Positions 20,595 through 28,021 of a stretch of DNA of 64,000 nt are shown here, in pieces. Position 1 is the stretch's first letter; every line of letters begins with the position of its first letter. The stretch lies in assembly GCA_045600445.1 (NCBI GenBank), contig JAZRXZ010000128.1:13321-77320 (forward strand), read 5' to 3'. The notes under the pieces are model-generated. The model saw only the letters and a program-made list of their open reading frames with translations, was not told the origin of the DNA and ran no database searches. Origin of the DNA: Bacteroidales bacterium (lineage in GTDB: Bacteria; Bacteroidota; Bacteroidia; Bacteroidales; UBA3663). The translations under genes were made by a program, and so were the position numbers.

Positions 20595-20623
20595 GTCAAA
20601 TTCTTTTTCGTCAGCCTTCATCC

Positions 20624-22066
20624 TTATTGGGCTTTTTGTGCAAATTTCATATAATACCAATAGGTGTTTCCGAACTGAGTTTTGAGCATCTGAGGATTAC
20701 CCTTTGATTGTTCGAAAATGCTATTAAAGTTCTGGAAATCCTGATAGGTTGAGCTCTGCACATAATCGTGCCAACGATCTCGCATCTCTGGTCGTGAAGC
20801 CATAACGATGAGCATGGCTTCCTCTATTGTCCTGTCTGTGGTATGCATGCCATAACGATCAAAATCGTTGGCAAAAGAAATCATATCCTTGGTCAGCAGA
20901 TCGTAAGCTAACAGATACTGTGTCGCTCTGTTATTTTCCAGATGGCTATCGAGCAAATTACGCAGGGATCGCTGTGTCTGAGTCGCCAGCCTCAGCGTAT
21001 CTGCAGTGGATTGCATTTCGCTTTGAAAATTCTGCGTCTGAGCCTGTCGCATGTGCCTTTCTGCCCATTGACGATGAGGAATCGACTGCTGTAACAGACG
21101 CAGGTACTTCATGGCTGCAGGTTGGTCGCCCTTAGCCAGATTTATTTCTGCCAGACGTCGCAGGCTACGTGTTCCTGTGTGGCGAGGAGAGAAGATCATT
21201 CCGAGCAAGGTGGCGTGTTCTGCCATGGTGAGATCTCCTACGGCCCACCAGGCCTCTCCTGCTGCGGAAAACAGGAAATAATTGCCATTTTCATTCACAG
21301 GAAGAAATAGACCTTCGTCAATGTTCTGATGATGTGTGAACAGACTTTCGGTCAATACATTCCGCATGGCCAGTGACAGGTTGCGGTAGTAGATTTCAGT
21401 GTTGTAAGGTAGATTCTCTTGCGTCAGTTCTTCCACCTTATTCCAATGTCCATACGATGCCTCTACGTCGAGAGCCATTTGATGCTCGAGTATCATGTCT
21501 GGTTTGCCGAAAGGCTTTGTGTTGGGAAGATTGCTAAAACCGAAGAGCCAGCTACCCCAGAATAGGCTGCCCGTTATCAGTCCTAATTTCCATTCTCTCA
21601 TTTTTGCAAACAATGCCAATCTGATCAACAGTAACCATCCCAGTACCTGTATGGTTGCAGCCAACGGATACTCTGGCAGACACTCTCTGCTTCCTTCCCA
21701 CAAGAAACAAACGATAGCCGCAGCATAAGCAAGATAAAGACACCATTTTTTATCCGACAGCTTCCTGACTATTTGAAAAGCCAGTACTCCAATCAATGTC
21801 AGCAGCGTAGCCACGATAGCGGGACCTGCCACCAGATAATAGAAGAACTGTTGCAGGAAATCACCGATCAGCTGTGCCAAGAAGCCTGATTGTGTAGCAG
21901 GATATTGTTGTGCAATATAATCTATGCTATTCAGAAAGAGCATCGTCTGCTCACGATGCTGCAGATGATAAGGATAGAAGCACTGGAAAAATACAAACGC
22001 AGCGACGACTCCGAGCAGAGTCATCGTCCATCCGATGTATGTTGATAGTGAGCTTTTCTGTTGCAT
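20624..22066 (-). CDS. Cassette 1 polytopic membrane protein with helical-repeat C-terminal domain (short paralog; function unknown, DUF6057-like by recollection)
   Basis: 480 aa with about 6 hydrophobic helices followed by a ~290-aa helical domain. It shares HxEQxxMFL, GPAIVA, AEINL..KYLxLLQQ and FGNTYWYY with 22192..23958 and 28022..29701. Confidence 0.75.
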   Translation of the reverse strand: MQQKSSLSTYIGWTMTLLGVVAAFVFFQCFYPYHLQHREQTMLFLNSIDYIAQQYPATQSGFLAQLIGDFLQQFFYYLVAGPAIVATLLTLIGVLAFQIVRKLSDKKWCLYLAYAAAIVCFLWEGSRECLPEYPLAATIQVLGWLLLIRLALFAKMREWKLGLITGSLFWGSWLFGFSNLPNTKPFGKPDMILEHQMALDVEASYGHWNKVEELTQENLPYNTEIYYRNLSLAMRNVLTESLFTHHQNIDEGLFLPVNENGNYFLFSAAGEAWWAVGDLTMAEHATLLGMIFSPRHTGTRSLRRLAEINLAKGDQPAAMKYLRLLQQSIPHRQWAERHMRQAQTQNFQSEMQSTADTLRLATQTQRSLRNLLDSHLENNRATQYLLAYDLLTKDMISFANDFDRYGMHTTDRTIEEAMLIVMASRPEMRDRWHDYVQSSTYQDFQNFNSIFEQSKGNPQMLKTQFGNTYWYYMKFAQKAQ

Positions 22067-22085
22067 TCTGTGTTGATTAGTGGTG

Positions 22086-22093
22086 CGAAGATA
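22086..22093 (-). promoter_or_regulatory. Imperfect -7 box TATCTTCG
   Basis: Plus strand reads cgaagata, 20 nt upstream of the ATG at 22066. There is one mismatch to TAnnTTTG. Confidence 0.35.
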
Positions 22094-22155
22094 CTGCTTT
22101 TCTGGTAAATTGCCAAAAAATTATTCTATTTTTTGTTTTTGTTGCGGTTTTTCAG

Positions 22156-22163
22156 TATCTTTG
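22156..22163 (+). promoter_or_regulatory. -7 promoter box TATCTTTG
   Basis: Lies 29 nt upstream of the ATG at 22192. Confidence 0.55.
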
Positions 22164-22191
22164 CGTCCGAAATTCAAGAAGATACAATCTA

Positions 22192-23958
22192 ATGAAGCGC
22201 ATTCTATCTTTACAGAACCTGCTTTCGCTGGTATTTGTCGTTGGCATCACCTGCTTTTTCGCTCTTTTATATCCGCATCATCTGCATTTTCAGGAGCAGT
22301 TCCAGCTTTTTCTTTTCGACTGGACCTATGCTCTTGACGTCATCTCTGTTCCAGGAGGCCTGGCAGAGTGGCTAGGTCGTTTCTGCGTACAGTTCTTCCT
22401 GTTTGCCTGGGTCGGAGCTCCCATCGTGGCGCTTGTCCTTACTGGCGTACAGCGACTTACTGCCAAGCTGATCGGCGATAATTGCCTCTATGGCCTCAGT
22501 TTTATTCCTGCAGTACTGCTGCTGTTTTTTGTCTTCGATGAGAATGCCAAGTTTGGATCCGTATGGGCGGTCTTGTTATCATTGTTGTTTGTCTACGCCC
22601 TTGAGAAGGTTCGACCTCTTTGGCTTCAGGTTACTTTGTTCTTCCTCCTTCTGGTGCCTGTTTACTGGATGGCAGGCCCTGCCTCAATCTCATTTGTACT
22701 GCTTTCGCTCTATAAGATACTTCCTGCGCTGTATAAGCAGAAAGATATGATCTGGTGCGTTTCCGTGTCGGTCATCGCATTGCTCTTTGCCGGAGCAATC
22801 CCTTCGGCTGCACATCACTTTATCAATTATGAGTGGCTGCGATTCTATTACGGCATCTCCTATCATAACGCCTGGATGGATGTCCCTGTGCTTTTCTGGC
22901 CTGCCGTTTGGATCCTTTCTTTCCTGCCACTCATCCAGTTGCTGGTTCAGAAGTGCTTGTCAGAGAAAGCTTCAAAGATCTGCTCTCTTTCAATTTACGC
23001 GTCGGTGGTAGTGCTGATCTGCTCTCTCTTCCACGTCTATTACAACCCAGGTCATGAGAAGATCATGAAATATGACTTTATGGCGCGTTTCCAGCAATGG
23101 AACCGAATCCTGCTTACGGCCAAAGAAGAGATACCTCAGAACCCTATTTCTGTCACTGCCCTAAATCTGGCTTTAGGTATGCGAGGTCAGATGTCAGAGC
23201 ACATGTTTGAGTATCGTCAGAATGGTCTTTCAGGCCTGTTGCCAGGGTTCGTTCGCGATCCTATAAGTCCGCTTACAACAGCTGAAGCATATTATCAGTT
23301 AGGTATGATCAATACGGCTCAGCGTCATGTCTTTGAAGCACAGGAAGCTATTCCAAGCTATCAGAAGAGCGGACGTTGCTATAAGCGATTAGCCGAGACC
23401 AATCTTATCATGGGTAGTTATGCGGTGGCTCGCAAATATCTTGAGGTTTTGCAGAAGACCTTATTCTATCGCACTTGGGCCAATGAGACGATGGCGCTGC
23501 TCGGCGATGAAGAGGCTATCAATCGCCATCCGGAGTATGGCAGATTGCGCAGCTATGTGGTAAAAGACAATTATTTCTTCAGCGAACGGGAGATCTCGGA
23601 GATGCTGGGCCAGCAGCTTATGGCCAATCCGAAGAACCGTCTTGCCTTCGAATACCTCCAGGCTTCGTATCTACTTACGGGCAATTTGGAGTATTTCTCT
23701 GAATGCCTGGATTTCGGTGAGGAACTGGGTATCACCATCCTGCCAAAACACTTTCAGGAGGCATGTATCCTCTGGTGGAGCCGTGATCATGGACCTAATG
23801 AGCCAGCTCCGTCTTTCATCATGCCAGCATACGTGCAGGGCTTGAACCAGTACTACTCGATGGCTCAGAAGTCTGGCGTCAGCGACGCAGCTCTCTCTCG
23901 TCAGTTCGGTCGCACCTACTGGCATTACTTCTTCTCAAATATCAGAACTGTCCAATGA
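22192..23958 (+). CDS. Cassette 2 polytopic membrane protein with helical-repeat C-terminal domain (function unknown)
   Basis: 588 aa with about 9-10 hydrophobic helices in the first ~290 aa, then a TPR-like helical domain (AETNLIMGSYAVARKYLEVLQKTLFY). Its stop overlaps the next start (ATGA). Confidence 0.8.
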   Translation: MKRILSLQNLLSLVFVVGITCFFALLYPHHLHFQEQFQLFLFDWTYALDVISVPGGLAEWLGRFCVQFFLFAWVGAPIVALVLTGVQRLTAKLIGDNCLYGLSFIPAVLLLFFVFDENAKFGSVWAVLLSLLFVYALEKVRPLWLQVTLFFLLLVPVYWMAGPASISFVLLSLYKILPALYKQKDMIWCVSVSVIALLFAGAIPSAAHHFINYEWLRFYYGISYHNAWMDVPVLFWPAVWILSFLPLIQLLVQKCLSEKASKICSLSIYASVVVLICSLFHVYYNPGHEKIMKYDFMARFQQWNRILLTAKEEIPQNPISVTALNLALGMRGQMSEHMFEYRQNGLSGLLPGFVRDPISPLTTAEAYYQLGMINTAQRHVFEAQEAIPSYQKSGRCYKRLAETNLIMGSYAVARKYLEVLQKTLFYRTWANETMALLGDEEAINRHPEYGRLRSYVVKDNYFFSEREISEMLGQQLMANPKNRLAFEYLQASYLLTGNLEYFSECLDFGEELGITILPKHFQEACILWWSRDHGPNEPAPSFIMPAYVQGLNQYYSMAQKSGVSDAALSRQFGRTYWHYFFSNIRTVQ

Positions 23959-25460
23959 TACAGCGTACTTTCTATTTAATACTCAGTGCTTTCCTTTTGC
24001 TCTCCGCTGCATGCACGGAGACCGTCAGCAACGCTCGTCAGGAGCAGGAGAAACCGGAGATCTTCCCTGATTATGTTGATGTCACCGTCCCTTCGGCCAT
24101 CGCACCACTCAACTTCTGCATGTCCGATGAGTCGGCTCTGCTCGTCGATGCAGTCATTACCGACGGCAAGGGACACCAGCTCCACGGTCAGGGCAAGGAG
24201 ACGACCGACTTCGATCTGGACGACTGGCACCAGCTGCTGGCTGACAATGAAGGTGGCACGCTGACCGTCACCGTCTCTGCCAAGCTGAGCGACGGCTGGC
24301 ATACCTATCAGCCATTCAGCATATTTGTCAGCGCCGATCAGATAGATTATGGTGTGGCATACCGAAAGCTGGAGCCTGGTTATGAGGTCTATAGCAAGAT
24401 GGGTATCTATGAGCGTAACCTCTCGAACTTCGAGGAGACACCATTGCTCGAGAACACTCAGTTCCAGGGTTGCGTCAACTGCCACAGCTTCAATCGTGGC
24501 AATCCGACCGACATGAGCCTCCACATCCGTGGCGATCATAGCGCCACCCTTTTGCGTCTCAATGGTCACATGGATGCATATAACACAGCCACGACAGAGA
24601 CCTTAGGTTTCTGTGTCTATCCTTACTGGCATCCAGAGGGTCGATACATCGCTTATAGCACCAATAACACTCGTCAGGTCTTCCACATCCGTAACGCAAA
24701 TCGTATCGAAGTGTTTGACGGAGCCTCAGACCTCCTGGTTTATGACACTAAGACCAACGAGTTGATTACCACGCCTATCCTGGCAGTTGATTCTGTCATG
24801 GAGACCTTCCCGGCTTTCTCGGCTGATGGTAAGACCCTGTATTTCTGCCAGGCAACTAGATTGCCAGAAGATGATTTTGATTACACTAAGTTTCACTACA
24901 ACCTCTGCAAGATCGCGTTCAATCCGGAGGACGGTACCTTCGGCAACAAGATCGATACTTTGCTCTATGCCGAGGCTCTTGGTCGCACGGCTACGATGCC
25001 TCGTCCGTCCTATGATGGTCGTTATTTGATGTTTACGATGGCCGACTATGGCCAGTTCCCGATCTGGCACCATGAGGCCGACCTCTATATGGTACCGACC
25101 GAAGACCTCGTCGCTCCGATCGACAGTGTAGAGCAATATAAGATGAAGGTGGTCAATACCGACGACACCGAAAGCTTCCATAACTGGAGCACCAACAGTC
25201 GCTGGCTCGTCTTCTCCAGCCGTCGCATCGATGGACTCTTCACCCGTCTCTACTTCTCGCATATCGATGAGAATGGCGTGGAGACCAAACCCTTCCTTAT
25301 GCCTCAACAGAATCCGCGTCGCTACTATAATGAGCTCTTTATGAGCTATAATGTCCCTGATTTTATCACCGCTCCTGTCAACTTCGACAACCTGCGCGCC
25401 GAGGAGATCATTGCTGCTCCTGAGCGTAAGCAGATGGGAGTGAGGAAGGTGAATAGTTAA
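23955..25460 (+). CDS. Cassette 2 lipoprotein: CxxCH motif plus PD40/TolB-like beta-propeller repeats
   Basis: 501 aa with lipobox LLLSAAC. CVNCH is encoded at 24471..24485 (verified). PD40-like repeats are FSADGKTLYF, PSYDGRYLMF and WSTNSRWLVFSSRR. Confidence 0.82.
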   Translation: MIQRTFYLILSAFLLLSAACTETVSNARQEQEKPEIFPDYVDVTVPSAIAPLNFCMSDESALLVDAVITDGKGHQLHGQGKETTDFDLDDWHQLLADNEGGTLTVTVSAKLSDGWHTYQPFSIFVSADQIDYGVAYRKLEPGYEVYSKMGIYERNLSNFEETPLLENTQFQGCVNCHSFNRGNPTDMSLHIRGDHSATLLRLNGHMDAYNTATTETLGFCVYPYWHPEGRYIAYSTNNTRQVFHIRNANRIEVFDGASDLLVYDTKTNELITTPILAVDSVMETFPAFSADGKTLYFCQATRLPEDDFDYTKFHYNLCKIAFNPEDGTFGNKIDTLLYAEALGRTATMPRPSYDGRYLMFTMADYGQFPIWHHEADLYMVPTEDLVAPIDSVEQYKMKVVNTDDTESFHNWSTNSRWLVFSSRRIDGLFTRLYFSHIDENGVETKPFLMPQQNPRRYYNELFMSYNVPDFITAPVNFDNLRAEEIIAAPERKQMGVRKVNS

Positions 25461-25487
25461 AAGTGAAGAAAATGTATATAATATAAT

Positions 25488-26177
25488 ATGAGAAGCTTAC
25501 ATATCATGTCCACAGCACTGCTGGCAGCATCCATACTCGCTGCTGTTTGCAGTTGCATTTCAAAAGAAAACAATCAAGCCACAGAAATAACTCCAGGCAA
25601 CTTCGTCATCGAAGGCACCCTCCCGGCCAACCGCTATGACAGCGCCTGTCTCTATCTCGTCCCAATGCGCGGACCTCATCCCCGTCCTGTCGATTCTGTC
25701 TTCATCAAGTCCGATGGCAAGTTCCGCTTCGAGGGCAATGTAGAGCAGATCGCCGCGCTCCGTCTCAGCATGCGTCAGCGCTATGGCATTCAGGATCTGC
25801 TCGTCTGCACCGAGCCAGGCCTCACCCGTGTGGTGCTCGACAGCGTCAGCTGTTGCATCGAGGGAACTCCTCAGAATCAGATCCTTCAGCAGTGGAAGGA
25901 CCGCATGCAGCAATACGGCACCGACAACGTTAAGCTGGCGCAGCTCCGCAAAGCCGGTGCTCCTGACGAGGTCATCACTCACTACTCCGACTCTATCCGC
26001 GAAGCTATGGGCAACGATCTCTACAACCTGCTCATGACCCAGGGCCGCAATACTACTACCATCTTCATCAATACGATGCACAATGGCAAGATCGACAGCC
26101 TCCGCGTGGCCGAGTTGAACGAATTGCTCAAAGATTCTACAGATTGGAGCCTCCCTCAGCCAGGATTCCGAAAATAA
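25488..26177 (+). CDS. DUF4369-like lipoprotein without a thioredoxin domain
   Basis: 229 aa with lipobox AAVCSC. GNFVIEGTLP...ACLYLVP...VDSVFIKSDGKFRFEGNV..AALRL matches the N-terminal module found on Bacteroidota TlpA-like oxidoreductases. No WCxxC motif is present. Confidence 0.6.
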   Translation: MRSLHIMSTALLAASILAAVCSCISKENNQATEITPGNFVIEGTLPANRYDSACLYLVPMRGPHPRPVDSVFIKSDGKFRFEGNVEQIAALRLSMRQRYGIQDLLVCTEPGLTRVVLDSVSCCIEGTPQNQILQQWKDRMQQYGTDNVKLAQLRKAGAPDEVITHYSDSIREAMGNDLYNLLMTQGRNTTTIFINTMHNGKIDSLRVAELNELLKDSTDWSLPQPGFRK

Positions 26178-26228
26178 ATCTCTGGGTGTCATATATCGCG
26201 CGCGATATATGACACCCAGATTTATTTT
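26171..26228. terminator. Long palindrome / bidirectional terminator between convergent genes
   Basis: aaaataaatct(ct)gggtgtcatatatcgcg | cgcgatatatgacacccagatttatttt gives 28-bp arms with one 2-nt bulge. An A-tract precedes it and a T-tract follows. Confidence 0.7.
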
Positions 26229-26424
26229 TGTATTATTCGCGACCCCGAATAGTACATCCGGAGTTTATTTTGTATTATTCGCGACCCTGAATAATACATC
26301 CGGAGATTGTTTTGTATTATTCGCGACCCTGAATAATACATCCAGAGATTGTTTTGTATTATTCGCGACCCTGAATAATACATCCAGAATTCATTTTGTA
26401 TTATTCGCGACCCTGAATAATACA
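26229..26424. repeat. Tandem array, 4.7 x 42 bp, each unit containing a 10-bp-stem hairpin
   Basis: Units start at 26229, 26271, 26313, 26355 and 26397. The core is tgtattattc-gcgaccct-gaataataca, followed by a ~14-nt linker tcc(g/a)ga(g/a)(a/t)t..ttt. Confidence 0.95.
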
Positions 26425-26463
26425 AAACGGAAAAAGAATGGAGTTTCCGACTATGATGAACTA

Positions 26464-28011
26464 CTATCGGATCGTTACGGGGATCTTTTTGTCTCCAAAA
26501 CTCTCCTCGTAGGCACCGTGAACATCGAATTCAACCTTGTCGCAGGTGAAATCTGGCACGTTGTAGCTGTAGATGGAGTTGTGATAATACTCCCACGGGT
26601 TCTTTTGTGGGAGCAGGAAAGGCTTCGCTGCATTACCTTCATCGTCAATACAAGTCAGATAAAGCAGGCTATAAAGGCCATCCTCACGACGAGAGGAGAA
26701 GACGATCCAGCGACTGTCGCTGCTCCAGTTGTGATAGCTCTCGGTGCAGTCGGAGTTCGCTTCGGTCAGGGCATGGCGCTCACCCGTACTGAGATTGAGC
26801 ATCCAGAGGTCTGACTCCTTGTGGTCGATAGGGAAGTTGCCGAAGTCTGACCAGCAGTAAAGCAACCACTTGCCATCGTAAGAAGGTCGAGGGAAGGTGA
26901 CGCAATGCCCCTCTGCTGCTGCATTGATCAGCGTGTCTATGCTGTTGCCGAACGAGCCATCTTCCTCATTGAAAGGAATGGAGCAGAGGTTATATTGCAC
27001 AGAATCAGCGTATGTAGGCACCGAAAATGCTTTAGATGCACAGAAATACATCGTCTTGCCGTCGACCGAGAAAGCCGGATAGGTCTCGTAGGTTTCCTTC
27101 GTTCGCTCAATCAGTGGCGAGCGGAGGATTTCTTTCGTGCGGACGTCGAGGACGATGACATCAGAGGCGTCGTCGAAGACCTCGATGAGGCGCTCCTTGC
27201 CTGTCCAGAAGAGCTGATGGATGTGATTGAGCGAGTAGGCGCAGTAGTTGCCGGACGGGTGCCAGTAAGGGTAGACACACTTTGAAAGCGTCGAGTCATG
27301 TTCGCTCTTGAGCCACTCACGGGCGATCGCCTTGCCGTTGGCGTGACCATTGGCCGTAGGATCGCCTTCTGCCACCTCACGCTGTATGAGCGTGGCACCA
27401 TGCTTGCCTCGGAGCTGGAAGGTGAACTGTGCAGGATTTGTGCGGTTGGCTGTATGGCAGCTCATGCACTGACCAGGGATCGACTGCGACTCGATGATCG
27501 CGTCCTCGTCCCACGAGTGAATGTCGCGCTGGAAGTTGCCGATGTGACTGTAGGTCTCGTAGCCAGGAGCAATCTTGCGATAGGTCAAGCCGTAATCCTC
27601 CAGTTTATATTCTGATACCTGAACTTTAAAGTCCTTGTACTGTATCCACTTGCCATCTTTTTTGGCGCTCACGGTGAAGGTGAGCTCGCCTCCTCGATTC
27701 TGCTCAGTGAGTTCTTTCCAGTCATCGATGTCAAAATCTGCGTACTCACCATTGGCAATGATCTCTCCGCCTTTGCTGCCACGGACGACAACGTCCACCA
27801 CATCCACGTCGGCTTCCTTCTTGAGAGGTCCGTTGTCCATGAGGTTGAAGTTGAGCGGAGCCAGGCCTGCAGGGATGGTCACGTCGATGTAATCCGGATA
27901 GATGTTGGGCAGCTGGTCGAGACAGAGCGCGTCTTTCGGACGGTCGGTACAAGCCGTGGTCATCATGGCGGCTGCCACCATACACATTATATATAATATA
28001 TAGCGTTTCAT
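26464..28011 (-). CDS. Cassette 3 lipoprotein: CxxCH motif plus PD40/TolB-like beta-propeller repeats
   Basis: 515 aa with lipobox AMMTTAC. CMSCH is encoded at 27454..27468 (verified). PD40-like repeats are FSVDGKTMYF, PSYDGKWLLY and WSSDSRWIVFSSRR. Confidence 0.82.
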   Translation of the reverse strand: MKRYILYIMCMVAAAMMTTACTDRPKDALCLDQLPNIYPDYIDVTIPAGLAPLNFNLMDNGPLKKEADVDVVDVVVRGSKGGEIIANGEYADFDIDDWKELTEQNRGGELTFTVSAKKDGKWIQYKDFKVQVSEYKLEDYGLTYRKIAPGYETYSHIGNFQRDIHSWDEDAIIESQSIPGQCMSCHTANRTNPAQFTFQLRGKHGATLIQREVAEGDPTANGHANGKAIAREWLKSEHDSTLSKCVYPYWHPSGNYCAYSLNHIHQLFWTGKERLIEVFDDASDVIVLDVRTKEILRSPLIERTKETYETYPAFSVDGKTMYFCASKAFSVPTYADSVQYNLCSIPFNEEDGSFGNSIDTLINAAAEGHCVTFPRPSYDGKWLLYCWSDFGNFPIDHKESDLWMLNLSTGERHALTEANSDCTESYHNWSSDSRWIVFSSRREDGLYSLLYLTCIDDEGNAAKPFLLPQKNPWEYYHNSIYSYNVPDFTCDKVEFDVHGAYEESFGDKKIPVTIR

Positions 28012-28021
28012 AGATCTTTGA

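Noticed and set aside
22083-22167. Possible invertible promoter (inverted repeats gcgaagatactg / cagtatctttgcg flanking about 56 bp) between cassettes 1 and 2
   Set aside because: The two arms are just the -7 boxes of two divergent promoters with similar extended sequence. The match is imperfect (one indel) and no recombinase gene is nearby.
26229-26424. Possible CRISPR array
   Set aside because: The 'spacers' would be only 14 nt long and are nearly identical to each other. There are no cas genes and no leader. It is a plain tandem repeat.
26209-26814. ORFs 26209..26814 (+) and 26222..26425 (-) encoding repetitive FVLFATLNNTS / YYSGSRIIQN peptides
   Set aside because: The periodic peptides are simply the 42-bp (14-codon) DNA repeat read in frame. 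The + ORF then continues antisense into the well-supported lipoprotein gene 26464..28011.
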